Part shown: positions 1-10,592 of the stretch, in pieces
Numbering within the stretch: the first letter of the stretch is position 1
Layout of the letters: every line of letters starts with the position of its first letter
Source of the DNA: Capsulimonadaceae bacterium
GTDB lineage: Bacteria > Armatimonadota > Armatimonadia > Armatimonadales > Capsulimonadaceae
Length of the DNA: 64,000 nt
Direction: 5' to 3'
Assembly: GCA_965215505.1 (NCBI GenBank)
Contig: OZ244065.1
Location: 1,888,001 to 1,952,000, forward strand
Notes under the pieces: generated by a model
The model's database searches: none
Told to the model about the DNA's origin: nothing
What the model saw: the letters and a program-made list of their open reading frames with translations, nothing else
Made by a program: the position numbers and the translations under genes

Positions 1-2
1 TC

Positions 3-716
3 ACGGCGACCTACAACGGCCCGATGAAGCCGGACGGCAGCAACACATTCGGGGGCTACTCGGACACGATCGTCGTCACCGAGGAGTTCGTGCTGCGCGT
101 CCCGGAGAGTCTGGACGTCAAGGCGGTCGCGCCGCTGCTCTGCGCGGGCGTCACCACCTACTCGCCGCTGCGGCACTGGAAGGTTTCGCCGGGGCAGAAG
201 GTCGGCATCATCGGGCTGGGCGGGCTGGGCCACATGGCGACGCAGCTCGCGAAGGCGATGGGCGCGCACGTCACGGTCTTCACCACGTCGCCCGGCAAAG
301 AGCATGACGCCCGGCGTCTGGGGGCCGAAGACGTGGTGCTTTCGACCGACGAGGCCCAGATGGCGAAGCACGAGGCGAGCTTTGATTTCCTCCTCAGCAC
401 CATCCCCGACACGCACGACGTCAACCCCTACATCCAGCTTTTGAAGCGGGATGCGACACTGACATTGGTGGGCGCGCTGGCCCCGAGCGAATGTGGGATT
501 GACAACAGCCAGGTCGCGTTCCACCGCCGGAACGTCGCCGGGTCGCTGATCGGGAGCGTCGCCGAGACGCAGGAGGTTTTGGACTTCTGCGCCGAACACG
601 GCATTACGGCGGACGTCGAGATGATCCCGATACACGACATCAACACGGCCTTCGAGCGGATGAAGAAGGCGGACGTGCGCTACCGGTTCGTGATAGACAT
701 GGCCTCGGCGAAGTAG
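3..716 (+). CDS. NAD(P)-dependent zinc alcohol dehydrogenase (cinnamyl-ADH family), 5' end outside window
   Basis: APLLCAGVTTYSPL, GLGGLGH Rossmann motif, C-terminal VRYRFVID; frame open to window edge. Confidence 0.93.
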   Translation, partial: TATYNGPMKPDGSNTFGGYSDTIVVTEEFVLRVPESLDVKAVAPLLCAGVTTYSPLRHWKVSPGQKVGIIGLGGLGHMATQLAKAMGAHVTVFTTSPGKEHDARRLGAEDVVLSTDEAQMAKHEASFDFLLSTIPDTHDVNPYIQLLKRDATLTLVGALAPSECGIDNSQVAFHRRNVAGSLIGSVAETQEVLDFCAEHGITADVEMIPIHDINTAFERMKKADVRYRFVIDMASAK

Positions 717-741
717 GCCGCTGCGCCTGAATGACAAATAC

Positions 742-772
742 GAAGGGCCGCCGCATGATGCGGCGGCCCTTC
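742..772. terminator. perfect hairpin between convergent genes, likely bidirectional terminator
   Basis: GAAGGGCCGCCGCAT-G-ATGCGGCGGCCCTTC, 15-bp stem. Confidence 0.75.
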
Positions 773-788
773 TGCGTCCGGGCCGGCG

Positions 789-1535
789 TTAGAGGGAAAA
801 GCGTTCACGCAGGAAGGCGCGGCTGGCCCGCATGTCCGCCATCGGGTCTTCCGAGTCCGGGTCCTGTTCCACGACGACATGGCGCAGGTTGGGCAGGCGC
901 GGCAGCTCCTCGATGATGGGGCCGAGGTCCATCTCGCCGCCACCCAGAGGCGCGGCCCGTCCTCCGCGCCAGTCGCGCAGGTGGACCATGCCGACTTGGT
1001 CCCGGCAGCGCCGGAGGAGTTCGACCGGGTCGTGCCCCGCCTTCCAGACCCAGCCGGTGTCTATGCACAACATCACGGAGGCAGGGTCGAGGCCGTCAAG
1101 AAGAAGGTCGTAGCCGGTCCGGCCTTCGGACACGATATCGAACTCGAAGTCATGGTTGTGGTAGTGAAGGAACAACCCTTGCTCGCGCAGGCGGCGGCCC
1201 GCCGTGTTCAAAGCTTCCGCCGCCGCGCGGTAATTGTTTACGCCGCGCTGCTCCCATTCCAGGAGGCCGGAGCTGACCACATCGCTCCCGCCCGCGTGCA
1301 GGGTGCCGGCGATGACCGCGTCCGGCGACCCCAGCGCCGCCAGGACGAGGTGCGGGCCGATGAAGCCTAGCCCGTGCCGGTCCAGCAGATCGCGCCCGGC
1401 AGGCTCCCCGCTGAATCCCTCCACGGATGCGTAGCCTGCCGCCGCCAAGCCCTCCAGAATCCAGTCCAGGTCCCTGTCCAGGTCGTACTTGTCTCGGAAG
1501 ATGTAAAGCTGCGCGGCGATCTTCTGTTCGGGCAT
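789..1535 (-). CDS. sugar phosphate isomerase/epimerase (xylose isomerase-like TIM barrel)
   Basis: YHNHDFEF, DTGW, HLRD, VVEQD metal-binding motifs. Confidence 0.88.
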   Translation of the reverse strand: MPEQKIAAQLYIFRDKYDLDRDLDWILEGLAAAGYASVEGFSGEPAGRDLLDRHGLGFIGPHLVLAALGSPDAVIAGTLHAGGSDVVSSGLLEWEQRGVNNYRAAAEALNTAGRRLREQGLFLHYHNHDFEFDIVSEGRTGYDLLLDGLDPASVMLCIDTGWVWKAGHDPVELLRRCRDQVGMVHLRDWRGGRAAPLGGGEMDLGPIIEELPRLPNLRHVVVEQDPDSEDPMADMRASRAFLRERFSL

Positions 1536-1547
1536 CGTGTTCCCCTT

Positions 1548-3122
1548 TCAGGCGGAGCGGCGCAATAGGCCGTACTCGATGCTGTCCACGACGGCGTGCC
1601 AGGAGGCGTCAATGATGTTGGTGGAGACGCCCACCGTACTCCACGTCTCGCCCGCGTCGGCGTAGTCCACGACGGTACGAACGCGGGCCGCCGTGCCCTC
1701 CTTGACGTTGACGACGCGCACTTTGAAGTCGGTCAGGCGGATCGTCGCCAGCTCCGGGTAGTGGGGGGTCAGGGCCAGCCGCAGGGCGCTGTCCAGGGCG
1801 TTGACGGGGCCGTCGCCCTCCGCGACGGTCAGCATCTCCTCGCCGCTGACGCGCAGTTTCAGGGTCGCCTCGGTGATGGCCTCATGGTCGGCGGCGCGCT
1901 TCTCGACGATGACCCGGTAGCCGACCAGCTCAAACAGACTCCGGTAGGTGCCCGTGGCCTTCTTGACCAGTAGGTCGAACGAGGCTTCCGCGCCTTCGAA
2001 CGAGTAGCCCTGATGCTCCAAAGCCGTCACCTGCGTCAGAATCTCCTTGATCTCGGGGCTGCCTTTCTGGAGGTCTAAGCCGCCCTTCTGGAGCTTTTCC
2101 AGGATGGTGGAGGAGCCGGAATGCTCGGAAACCAGGATGCGGTTCTCGTTGCCGACCAGGGCGGGGTCGAGGTGGATGTATGTCTCGGGGTTCTTCCGCA
2201 TGGCGTCCACATGCAGGCCCGCCTTGTGGGCGAAGGCCGACCGGCCCACATAGGGCGCGGAGGTCTGGGGCGGGACGTTGGCGATCTCGTCAATGGAGTG
2301 GGCGAACTCGGACAGTTCGGCTAGGTGCGGGGCGCAGGCCAGGTCGTAGCCCAGCTTGAGCGCGAGCGCGGGCATGATGCTGGTCAGGTTGGCATTGCCG
2401 GTCCGCTCCCCCAGCCCGTTGATGGTCCCCTGCGCCTGGAGGCAGCCGGTCTGGATGGCGACCAGGCTGTTCGCGACCCCGCACTCGGCGTCGTTGTGCG
2501 TGTGGATGGCGAAGCGGCCCTGGGGGAACCGCCCGACGACCTCCTCCACGATGTACGCGATGGCGTCCGGCAGGCTCCCGCCGTTCGTGTCGCACAGCGC
2601 GATGCAGTCCACGCCCGCCTCTAATGCGGCGCTGAGGCACTTGCCCGTGTACTCCGGATTGCGCTTCCAGCCATCAAAAAAGTGTTCGGCATCAAAGATC
2701 ACCTCGCGCCCGTTGGCCTTGAAGAACCGTACCGTGTCGGCGATCATCGCCAGGTTTTCTTCTAGGGGCAGGCGCAGGGCCTCCGTGACGTGGAAGTCCC
2801 AGGACTTGCCGACGAAGGTAATGACGGGCGTTTGGGCGTCGAGTAGCTGCTGAAGCATCGGGTCGTCTTCGGCCCGGCGATGAGGCCGGCGCGTACTGCC
2901 GAAGGCGGCGAGCTTGGCGTGGGTCAGCATGATGCCCTTCATGCGGTCGAAGAACTCAATGTCTTTAGGATTACTGCCCGGCCAGCCGCCCTCGATGTAG
3001 TCAATGCCGAAGGCGTCCAGACGGCGCGCGATGCGGATCTTGTCTTCAACGCTGAAGGAGATGCCCTCGCCCTGCGAGCCGTCGCGCAGAGTGGTGTCAT
3101 AGATGTCTATTCGTGTGGTCAA
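1548..3122 (-). CDS. cimA: citramalate synthase
   Basis: DTTLRDGSQGEG, IEGGWPGSNPKD, DAEHFFDG, HTHND; LeuA-type regulatory C-terminus. Confidence 0.93.
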   Translation of the reverse strand: MTTRIDIYDTTLRDGSQGEGISFSVEDKIRIARRLDAFGIDYIEGGWPGSNPKDIEFFDRMKGIMLTHAKLAAFGSTRRPHRRAEDDPMLQQLLDAQTPVITFVGKSWDFHVTEALRLPLEENLAMIADTVRFFKANGREVIFDAEHFFDGWKRNPEYTGKCLSAALEAGVDCIALCDTNGGSLPDAIAYIVEEVVGRFPQGRFAIHTHNDAECGVANSLVAIQTGCLQAQGTINGLGERTGNANLTSIMPALALKLGYDLACAPHLAELSEFAHSIDEIANVPPQTSAPYVGRSAFAHKAGLHVDAMRKNPETYIHLDPALVGNENRILVSEHSGSSTILEKLQKGGLDLQKGSPEIKEILTQVTALEHQGYSFEGAEASFDLLVKKATGTYRSLFELVGYRVIVEKRAADHEAITEATLKLRVSGEEMLTVAEGDGPVNALDSALRLALTPHYPELATIRLTDFKVRVVNVKEGTAARVRTVVDYADAGETWSTVGVSTNIIDASWHAVVDSIEYGLLRRSA

Positions 3123-3406
3123 TTCACTGCTCCTGCATCCCGCAGCACTCTCTCGATCTCGGTATGTCCATCATCCACAGCACAGTAGAGTGGCGTTTCA
3201 CCACTATCGTTAATGGTGTTGACCTCTGCGCCTTTCTCAATGAGCAGCCTAGCCATGTCTGTCTGCCCGAACATAGCGGCGTATTCCAATGCTGTGGAGT
3301 TGTGGCTATCGCGGGAGTTGACATAAACTCCGCGTTCCAGCAATTCCTTGACCAGCGCGAGGTCGCGGTCAAAGGCAGCATTCACCAGGCGTTCGTCTAG
3401 CTCCAT
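3119..3406 (-). CDS. small ankyrin-repeat protein (95 aa)
   Basis: TALEYAAMFGQTDMARLLIEKGAEVN and GETPLYCAVDDGHTEIERVLRDAGA ankyrin repeats; visibly lower GC than neighbours. Confidence 0.85.
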   Translation of the reverse strand: MELDERLVNAAFDRDLALVKELLERGVYVNSRDSHNSTALEYAAMFGQTDMARLLIEKGAEVNTINDSGETPLYCAVDDGHTEIERVLRDAGAVN

Positions 3407-3411
3407 AGAAC

Positions 3412-4515
3412 CTAACCCCGTGGGTCCAGCCCGCGCAGCACAGTTCCGGCCACGAGGTCCCCCATCTGGCGGCAGGTGACGTGGTTCATGCCTTCGCCCA
3501 GGATGTCCGAGGTGCGGTAGCCGCCTTGCAGGATGTGGCCGACGGCGGCCTCGATGTCCCGCGCGGCGGCCTCGGCCCCCAGCGAGTAGCGCAGGAGCAA
3601 AGCGCCGGAAAGGATGGTGGCGAGCGGGTTGGCCTTGCCCGTCCCCGCGATGTCGGGGGCGCTGCCGTGGCTCGGCTCGTACAGGCCGAAGGTGCCGCTC
3701 TCGGTCTTCTGCTCCCCTAAAGAGGCCGAGGGGAGCATCCCCAAGGAGCCGGTGAGCATGGCAGCCTCGTCGCTGAGGATGTCGCCGAAGAGGTTTTCGG
3801 TCACGATGACATCGAACGACTGCGGGCGGCGGACGAGGTCCATGGCGGTGGCATCTACCAACTGGTGCGAGAGTTCCACATCGGGGTACTCGGCGGCAAG
3901 ATTCGTGACGGTTTCGCGCCACAGGCGGGAGGTTTCCAGGACGTTCGCTTTGTCCACGCTCAGGAGGCGCTTGCCGCGCTTCTGGGCGGCCTCAAAGCCG
4001 ACGCGGGCGATGCGAGCGATCTCGGCCTTGGTGTAGGTGCAGGTGTCCACGGCGTGGTCACCTTCCCAGGACTTGGGCGACCCGAAGTACAGGCCGCCGG
4101 TCAGTTCGCGGACGACCAGGATGTCGAAGCCCCCTTCCACGAGGTCTGCCCGCAGGGGGCAGGCCGCCGCGAGGCTCGGGTACAGGACGCAGGGGCGGAG
4201 GTTGGCATACAGGCCCATCTTTTGGCGCAGGGGCAGGAGTGCGCCGCGCTCGGGGCGCAGGTTCGGGTCGGGGATGGCGTCGTACTTCGGCCCGCCGACC
4301 GCGCCGAAGTAGACGGCGTCGGAGGACTGGACGAGTTCCAATGTCTCGGGCGGCAGGGGATGGCCGGTGGCATCGTAGGCCGCGCCACCGACCAGTGCCT
4401 CGGTGAAGTCCAGCGTCAGGCCGTGCTTCTGCGAGGCCGCGTGCAGGACCTTCAGGCCCTCCGCCATGATCTCCGGGCCGATGCCATCGCCCGCCAAGAC
4501 TGCGATCTTTGCCAT
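3412..4515 (-). CDS. leuB: 3-isopropylmalate dehydrogenase
   Basis: [46 protein letters not shown]. Confidence 0.97.
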   Translation of the reverse strand: MAKIAVLAGDGIGPEIMAEGLKVLHAASQKHGLTLDFTEALVGGAAYDATGHPLPPETLELVQSSDAVYFGAVGGPKYDAIPDPNLRPERGALLPLRQKMGLYANLRPCVLYPSLAAACPLRADLVEGGFDILVVRELTGGLYFGSPKSWEGDHAVDTCTYTKAEIARIARVGFEAAQKRGKRLLSVDKANVLETSRLWRETVTNLAAEYPDVELSHQLVDATAMDLVRRPQSFDVIVTENLFGDILSDEAAMLTGSLGMLPSASLGEQKTESGTFGLYEPSHGSAPDIAGTGKANPLATILSGALLLRYSLGAEAAARDIEAAVGHILQGGYRTSDILGEGMNHVTCRQMGDLVAGTVLRGLDPRG

Positions 4516-4552
4516 GTTAGTTCGTCCCCTTTAGAAACTGTAGAAAAAGCAG

Positions 4553-4670
4553 AACGGGCGACTGAAGTCGCGGCAACAAAGGCACGAAGTCGCCCTCCGG
4601 CGACTAAGACTTGAACCGGCAAAGGCCGGTTTTGTGCCATTATTGCTGCGGTTTCAACCGCTGGCCCCCG
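4553..4670. repeat. REP-like multi-hairpin intergenic element (TTGAAA/TTTCAA-loop family C)
   Basis: GCGACTGAAGTCGC, ACCGGCAAAGGCCGGT and GCGGTTTCAACCGC palindromes. Confidence 0.55.
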
Positions 4671-4676
4671 TGTTTT

Positions 4677-5654
4677 TCACACTCTTAGTTGTGCCTGTCG
4701 GCATTCTTCCCAAAGACGCGCCACTAAATCGGCGGCGGCGGGAATGTCCTGGATGACGGCGCTGCTGGTGCCCGCATAGAGGGCCATTTCCAGCACGTCG
4801 CCGGTGGTGCCCAAGCGGGGTGCAGCGTCGTCGTAGCGGACAATCGGCTCGCCCGATGCCGAATGGCCCACCGTTTCGCCCTCGCCGGGCCGCAAGCCAG
4901 CGGGGGAGCAGCCGGAGGCCTCCCAGCCTTCCAGCGTCCCGTTCCGTAGAACGCGGTGGGCGGCATAAGGCCAGTCGCCGTCGAAGCAGACCGTCAGGGC
5001 AGTCTCGCCCAGCCCGACTTGCGTCAGGCGCTCTTTGTAGGCGGGGTGCGCGCCGCTCTCCAACGTCGCCACGAAGCGGGTTCCCAGCATGGCCGCGTCC
5101 GCGCCGAGGGCTAGAACGCGGGCGATGTCTGCGCCGTTGCCGATGCCGCCGGAGGCGATGACGGGGAGGCCCGGTGCGGCTTCCAGGACGTGCGGCAGCA
5201 GGTCATCCAGAGGCATCGTGGACTGGACATGGCCGCCTGCCTCGATGCCCTGACAGATGAGGAAGTCGGCACCCAGATCAATCGCGCGCCGCGCCCCGGC
5301 GGCGTTGGCGACTTGGATGCCCAACTTGGCTCCCGCCGCCCGCACCTGGGCCAGATACGGGGCGGGGTCGCCCCAGGAGAACGTGACGACCGGTGCCCCG
5401 GCGTCCAGGGCGGCGGCCAAAGAGGCGGGCGGCTTGTACAGGGCGTAGTTGGCCTGGAATGGGGCCGCTGTCGCCTCTCGGACCCGTCGTACCAGTTCCG
5501 CCGCCGCTTCGGGGCCAGTCCAGGTCAGGGCCATCGCGCCTAAAGCGCCCGCGCCGGAGACGGCGGCGGCAAGCTCCGGCCCGGCGATGCTGCCGGTCGG
5601 GGCCTGACAGAGCGGGAAGGGCAGGCCGAGCAGATCTTGCAGGCGGGTCGTCAT
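4677..5654 (-). CDS. nitronate monooxygenase family flavoprotein
   Basis: QGIEAGGH, PVIASGGI, GTRFVATLES. Confidence 0.88.
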   Translation of the reverse strand: MTTRLQDLLGLPFPLCQAPTGSIAGPELAAAVSGAGALGAMALTWTGPEAAAELVRRVREATAAPFQANYALYKPPASLAAALDAGAPVVTFSWGDPAPYLAQVRAAGAKLGIQVANAAGARRAIDLGADFLICQGIEAGGHVQSTMPLDDLLPHVLEAAPGLPVIASGGIGNGADIARVLALGADAAMLGTRFVATLESGAHPAYKERLTQVGLGETALTVCFDGDWPYAAHRVLRNGTLEGWEASGCSPAGLRPGEGETVGHSASGEPIVRYDDAAPRLGTTGDVLEMALYAGTSSAVIQDIPAAADLVARLWEECRQAQLRV

Positions 5655-6130
5655 ATGCTTCCCATGTCCACGCGCAATGTCCGCAGGAACTCGGAATATC
5701 CCATCTTGCGCCAGAAGGCCTGCGAGGCGGGGTTGGCCCGGACGACCTGGATCTCGATGGCCGTGATGCCGTTCGCCCGGAACCAGGCGCGCAGGCGCTC
5801 GTACAGCCGCCGCCCGATGCCCTGCCCGCGCCAGGCCTCCTCGACGCAGAGGTCGGCAACATAGCCGCAGTCGCCCGAGGCGAGGGTCGGTCGGCGCATG
5901 ATCTGGCCGAAGGTGTAGCCGACGATGATCTTCTCCTGTTCGGCGACCAAGACGGCCATGTTCGGGTTGTCGAGCTGATCGCCCAGGTAGCCGATGAACC
6001 AGTCCGCCGCGCTCTCGGCCAGCGTCAGGCGGGCATCAAAGGAGGCGTTGATGTCTTGTAGCTGCCGCCAGAGCGCGATGACGGCGGGCAGGTCTGAAGA
6101 ACGCGCTGACCGGATGAGGACGTCAGACAT
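5651..6130 (-). CDS. GNAT N-acetyltransferase
   Basis: VEEAWRGQGIGRRL acetyl-CoA motif, N.A..FW.KMGY; ATG at 6130 overlaps leuA end. Confidence 0.88.
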   Translation of the reverse strand: MSDVLIRSARSSDLPAVIALWRQLQDINASFDARLTLAESAADWFIGYLGDQLDNPNMAVLVAEQEKIIVGYTFGQIMRRPTLASGDCGYVADLCVEEAWRGQGIGRRLYERLRAWFRANGITAIEIQVVRANPASQAFWRKMGYSEFLRTLRVDMGSI

Positions 6131-7688
6131 GTTCCAGTATGCGCTCGGCCTGGGTGCGTCCGCCTGCTCGTGCAATCTGCTTGTTGAGGGCTTGCAGGTA
6201 GGCCTTGGTGGAGGCGACGAAGATGTCGGTGTCCGCGCCGTGACCCGTGTAGATGGTGCCGCCTTCGTCCTTGATGCGGATGGTGACGTCGGCGAGGGCG
6301 TCAATGCCACCGGTGACGCTCTGGACCGTGTATTCGATCAGCTCGTTCGGGACGCCGACGATGCGGTTGACGGCACGGTAGACGGCGTCCACGGGGCCGT
6401 TGCCGGTGTCGGCGTCCATCAGGACGGCCCGGTTCTCGTGGCGCAGCTTGACGGTGGCCGTCGGGATGGCGAGGTCGCCGCACGACACCTGCACCTGGAC
6501 CAGCTCGTAGGTCTGCGGAACGGTCGTGACTTCGTCGGAGACGATGGCGTCTAAGTCCTCGTCGTAGACGACCTTCTTGTTGTCGGCGACACTCAGGAAG
6601 CGCGCATACACCTTCTCGAATTCGTCCTCATTGGCGAACGTGTGGCCCAATTCGTTCAGACGGTGTCGGACCCCGGCGCGGCCCGAGCGGGCGGAGAGAA
6701 TGATCTTGCTCTCGTGGATGCCGACCGTCTTGGGGTCAATGATCTCATAGGTCGAGCGCTCCTTCAGGACGCCGTCCTGATGGATGCCTGACGAGTGGGC
6801 GAAGGCGTTCGCGCCGACGATGGCCTTGTTCGGCTGAACGAGAATGCCGGTCATGGTGGAAACCATGCGCGAGGTCTTGTAGATCTCCTCGGTCTTGACG
6901 TTGGTTTGCAGCCGGTACACGTCGCGGCGCGTGTGCAGGGCCATGACCACTTCCTCCAGGGACGTGTTGCCGGCCCGTTCGCCGATGCCGTTGACCGTGC
7001 ATTCGATCTGCCGCGCGCCGGCCTTGACGGCGGCCAGGGCATTGGCGGTCGCCATGCCGAGGTCGTTATGGCAGTGGGCGGAGAGGGTGACGTTCTCGCT
7101 GCCGGGGACGTGGTTCAGGATGCCCGCGAACAGCGCGCCGTACTCGTCCGGCGACATATAGCCGGTCGTATCGGGGACGTTGATGACCGTCGCGCCGGCC
7201 TTGATGACGGCCTCGATGACGCGGTACAGGTACTCGGGGTCGGCCCGGCCGCTGTCCTCGGTGAAATACTCGATGTCCGGGCAGCCCAAAGAACGGGCGT
7301 GCTTGACGGCGGCGACGCCGATCTCCAGCGCCTCCTGTCCGGTCTTCTTCAGCTTATACTTGAGGTGGCTCTCGCTGACTCCCAGGCCCGTATGGATGCG
7401 TGGCCGGGATGCGCCTTTGAGGGCGTCCCATGCGACATCAATGTCCTTGGCGACGGCGCGGGTCAGCCCGCAGACGGTGACGCGGTCGCTGACGACGGCG
7501 GCGACGCGGCGAACGGCCTCGAAGTCGCCGGGGCTGGAGATCGGGAAGCCGGCCTCGATGACGTCCACGCCGAGCCGTTCGAGCTGCCGGGCGATCTCCA
7601 CCTTCTCCTCGACGTTGAGGGACGCGCCGGGCGACTGTTCGCCGTCGCGCAGGGTGGTGTCGAATATCTGGACGATGTTGCTGGGCAT
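6123..7688 (-). CDS. leuA: 2-isopropylmalate synthase
   Basis: [46 protein letters not shown]. Confidence 0.97.
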   Translation of the reverse strand: MPSNIVQIFDTTLRDGEQSPGASLNVEEKVEIARQLERLGVDVIEAGFPISSPGDFEAVRRVAAVVSDRVTVCGLTRAVAKDIDVAWDALKGASRPRIHTGLGVSESHLKYKLKKTGQEALEIGVAAVKHARSLGCPDIEYFTEDSGRADPEYLYRVIEAVIKAGATVINVPDTTGYMSPDEYGALFAGILNHVPGSENVTLSAHCHNDLGMATANALAAVKAGARQIECTVNGIGERAGNTSLEEVVMALHTRRDVYRLQTNVKTEEIYKTSRMVSTMTGILVQPNKAIVGANAFAHSSGIHQDGVLKERSTYEIIDPKTVGIHESKIILSARSGRAGVRHRLNELGHTFANEDEFEKVYARFLSVADNKKVVYDEDLDAIVSDEVTTVPQTYELVQVQVSCGDLAIPTATVKLRHENRAVLMDADTGNGPVDAVYRAVNRIVGVPNELIEYTVQSVTGGIDALADVTIRIKDEGGTIYTGHGADTDIFVASTKAYLQALNKQIARAGGRTQAERILEHV

Positions 7689-7703
7689 GATGACTTCCTG
7701 ATG

Positions 7704-7776
7704 GACCTAACCCTCCCTTGACAGGGGAGGGTCGGTCGGGTGCAGTTGCTCCGCGCTTGCGCCGGGGAGAGGTCCT
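7704..7776. repeat. REP-like palindrome family B (GGACCT...CCCTCCC-N-GGGAGGG)
   Basis: related copies at 25343-25386, 32878-32960, 36398-36450, 41719-41768, 43631-43680. Confidence 0.7.
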
Positions 7777-8788
7777 AATCCTTGACCATGTCGGCCTTCT
7801 TGACCCAGGACATCAGGCCACGCAGGGTGCGACCGACTTCCTCGATCTGCGAGTCGTTGTCGATGGCGGCTAGGGCGTTGAACGAGGGCCGGTTGGCCTT
7901 GTTTTCCAGAATCCATTCCTTGGCGAACTGGCCGGTCTGGATCTCCTTGAGGATGCGGCCCATCTCGGCCTTCGTCTCGTCGGTGACGATGCGGGGGCCG
8001 CGCGTCATGTCGCCGTACTGGGCGGTGTCGGAGATCGAGTAGCGCATCCCGCCGATGCCCGCCTCGTACATGAGGTCCACGATCAGCTTCAGCTCGTGCA
8101 GGCACTCGAAGTAGGCGATCTCGGGTTGGTAGCCCGCCTTCACCAATGTCTCGAAGCCGGCCTTGACCAGAGAAGTCGCGCCGCCGCAGAGCACGGCCTG
8201 CTCGCCGAACAGGTCCGTCTCGGTCTCCTCTTTAAAGGTGGTTTCCAGGACGCCCGCGCGGCTGCCGCCGATGCCCTTGGCCCAGGCCATCGCCAGGTCA
8301 CGCGCCTTGCCGGTGGCGTCGCGCTGGACGGCGATGAGGCAGGGGACGCCCTTGCCTTCCTGGTAGACCCGCCGGACAAGGTGGCCGGGGCCTTTCGGAG
8401 CCACCATGAAGACGTCCACGCCCTCGGGCGGCTTGACCTGTCCGAAGTGGATGGAGAACCCGTGCCCGAAGGCCAGCGCGTTGCCCGGCTCCAGGTAGGG
8501 CAGGATGCTCTCGCGGTAGACATCGCCCTGGACCTCATCGTTGATGAGGATCATGATGACGTCGGCCTCCTTCGCGGCCTCCTCCACGGTCTTGACGGCC
8601 AGGCCCGCTTCCTCCGCCTGGTTCCAGCGCCGAGAGCCGGGCCGCAGGCCGACGCGGACGTCCATCCCGCTGTCGCGCAGGTTGAGGGAGTGGGCATGGC
8701 CCTGGGAACCGTAGCCGATGACGGCAAGCTTCTTGCCTTCGAGCAGTGTCAGATCGGCGTCGTTGTCGTAGTAAACCTTCGCTGGCAT
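7775..8788 (-). CDS. ilvC: ketol-acid reductoisomerase
   Basis: [42 protein letters not shown]. Confidence 0.98.
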   Translation of the reverse strand: MPAKVYYDNDADLTLLEGKKLAVIGYGSQGHAHSLNLRDSGMDVRVGLRPGSRRWNQAEEAGLAVKTVEEAAKEADVIMILINDEVQGDVYRESILPYLEPGNALAFGHGFSIHFGQVKPPEGVDVFMVAPKGPGHLVRRVYQEGKGVPCLIAVQRDATGKARDLAMAWAKGIGGSRAGVLETTFKEETETDLFGEQAVLCGGATSLVKAGFETLVKAGYQPEIAYFECLHELKLIVDLMYEAGIGGMRYSISDTAQYGDMTRGPRIVTDETKAEMGRILKEIQTGQFAKEWILENKANRPSFNALAAIDNDSQIEEVGRTLRGLMSWVKKADMVKD

Positions 8789-8819
8789 GTGTTTGTGTGT
8801 TCTCCTGATTGCCGGACGG

Positions 8820-9068
8820 TTAATCGCCGGGTAGTGTCGGCAGAAGCAGCACCTTCAGGTGCTCGTTTGCTTCCAAATCTTCCTCGATCTGCTCCATGAC
8901 GTCCCGGTAGTCGCGCCCCCTGGTGTCTTCAAGGCTAGGCTCAACGACGATGTACCACCGGTCGCCCTCGCGCTGTGCGCCGACGCGGGACATCTTCAAC
9001 TGGAAGTCTTGCGGCTGGTGTTTCCCGACGTAAGCCGCCACGATGTCAAGCGTTTTTGCATCACTCAT
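8820..9068 (-). CDS. hypothetical acidic protein (82 aa), paralog of 9113-9364
   Basis: ATG at 9068; shared HQP..L...G..R..D.W.(I/V)VV.P...D...DY......E.D.E..E.LK.LL.P.L.G pattern. Confidence 0.7.
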   Translation of the reverse strand: MSDAKTLDIVAAYVGKHQPQDFQLKMSRVGAQREGDRWYIVVEPSLEDTRGRDYRDVMEQIEEDLEANEHLKVLLLPTLPGD

Positions 9069-9112
9069 GGTCAACCCCCTAGGTAGTCGGGCAGCGACAA
9101 TGGGAGGACTCC

Positions 9113-9364
9113 TCAGCCGTGCAGCACAGGAACGAGTAGTATTTTCAGGTCCTCGTGGTCCTCGATGTCGCCTTCCGCTTCGGCCAGACGGCCATAGTAG
9201 TCGTAAGAGTGGGCGTCCTCTTTGTCCGGCTGCACGACGACTTCCCACCAGTCGTCCCGGTGGCGGATGCCCTGTTCCATGACGTTGAGCCGGTAGCCTG
9301 ACGGCTGGTGAGGCTCCAGGTATCGCCGAACGGTGTCAATGATGTGCTGCTGTTCGTCACTCAT
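9113..9364 (-). CDS. hypothetical acidic protein (83 aa), candidate HEPN partner/antitoxin
   Basis: GGAG RBS-like sequence, ATG at 9364 coupled to end of HEPN gene; paralog of 8820-9068. Confidence 0.7.
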   Translation of the reverse strand: MSDEQQHIIDTVRRYLEPHQPSGYRLNVMEQGIRHRDDWWEVVVQPDKEDAHSYDYYGRLAEAEGDIEDHEDLKILLVPVLHG

Positions 9365-9753
9365 ACTCCACCTCCAGGTAGCGGAACAGGGCCACAGAGT
9401 CGCGGATGGCCTCGCGCGCCGTCGGCCCATCCGTCACGCACCTTTGGTAATCGGCGGCGATCCGTTTGGTAATCGGCGGCGATCCGTGCCGCATAGAGAC
9501 GCCGGATGATGGCGATACTGCCGGTCATCTGCCAGTCTGGCAGCGTCAAATACTGCTTCATCAGCTTTGGCAAGGCCTGATGCGCGGGAGTTTCCTGCTG
9601 ACCAAAGCACGCCCCCGCCTCGACGAGTTGATGCGTAATCACGCTGAAGGCGGCGTAGTAGCTACGGCTCACACTGCTGCGAAATTGTTTCTGCTCGTAG
9701 AGCGTCTGCGCGGCATAGAAGCTACTCAGACCGATCTCCTGCCACGTCGCCAT
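9357..9753 (-). pseudogene. HEPN-domain protein frameshifted near its C-terminus by a 22-bp tandem duplication
   Basis: SVSRSYYAAF, H at PAHQ, RIAADY HEPN signature; duplication at 9443-9486 displaces the native tail RCVTDGPTAREAIRDSVALFRYLEVEYE*. Confidence 0.8.
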
Positions 9754-10072
9754 GTTCTCCTCCTTGAATGCCTTGACGGCTCCGTCCTCGCGCGGCGAAG
9801 ATGCCCGCCGCTATGCCGATAAGCGTGCCGACGACAAGGAACAAGCCCAGGTTAACGAGTAGGTTCGCGACGGTGTCCAGCCCCAGTTTCGCAGTGATGG
9901 CGTTGTAGGCAGTCCAGAGCGCGTAGTTGCCGCCGCCGACGAGCGCCCCAACGAGTAGCCCCTGCCCCACCCGCTTCACCCGCGCGCCCCAGGCCAGTCC
10001 GACCAAGGGGGCCAGGACGAGGACAGCGAGCATGAGTAGGTGGGCCTGGTGTTCGTCAATCAGCTCTTCCAC
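9722..10072 (-). CDS. small membrane protein (3 predicted TM helices)
   Basis: three hydrophobic segments; GTG start just after ilvN stop. Confidence 0.65.
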   Translation of the reverse strand: MEELIDEHQAHLLMLAVLVLAPLVGLAWGARVKRVGQGLLVGALVGGGNYALWTAYNAITAKLGLDTVANLLVNLGLFLVVGTLIGIAAGIFAARGRSRQGIQGGEHGDVAGDRSE

Positions 10073-10077
10073 AGGGG

Positions 10078-10569
10078 TCAGATGCCCCGGACGCCGCGCG
10101 CCATGGCGATGCGGCCCGTGCGGACCAGCTCGCGGACGCCGTAGGCTTCCAGGAGCTTTTCAAAGGCGTCTATCTTGTCGCCGCCGCCGGTCAGCTCAAT
10201 GACGAAGGTCTTTTCGGACATGTCGATGACGCGGCCCCGGAAAACTTCCACCAGTTGCAGCAGGGCCGTCCGGTGTTCCACGGGGGCGTTGACCTTGATC
10301 AAGGCCAGCTCGCGGGCGATGATCGGGATGCCCATGTAGTCTTGGACTTTGGAGACATCAATGAGCTTGTGGAGCTGCTTGGTGATCTGCTCCACCTCCT
10401 GCTCGTCGCCGTTGACGACCAGGGTCATGCGGGAGAGTTCCGGGTTCTCGGTGATGGAGACGGCCAGGCTCTCGATGTTGTAGCCCCGGCGCGAGAACAG
10501 GCCCGAAACGCGCGAAAGGACGCCCGGCTTGTTGTCCACGAGGACGGTGATGGTGTGCTGCTGCTGCAA
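10078..10569 (-). CDS. ilvN: acetolactate synthase small regulatory subunit
   Basis: HTITVLVDNKPGVLSRVSGLFSRRGYNIESL, RELALIKV, ELVRTG; TTG start after AAGGAG. Confidence 0.96.
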   Translation of the reverse strand: MQQQHTITVLVDNKPGVLSRVSGLFSRRGYNIESLAVSITENPELSRMTLVVNGDEQEVEQITKQLHKLIDVSKVQDYMGIPIIARELALIKVNAPVEHRTALLQLVEVFRGRVIDMSEKTFVIELTGGGDKIDAFEKLLEAYGVRELVRTGRIAMARGVRGI

Positions 10570-10592
10570 AGCGTCGTCGCTCCTTGTGTGCC

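Noticed and set aside
3412-7688. absence of leuC/leuD and ilvD as a pathway defect
   Set aside because: These genes are commonly located elsewhere; cannot be judged from one window
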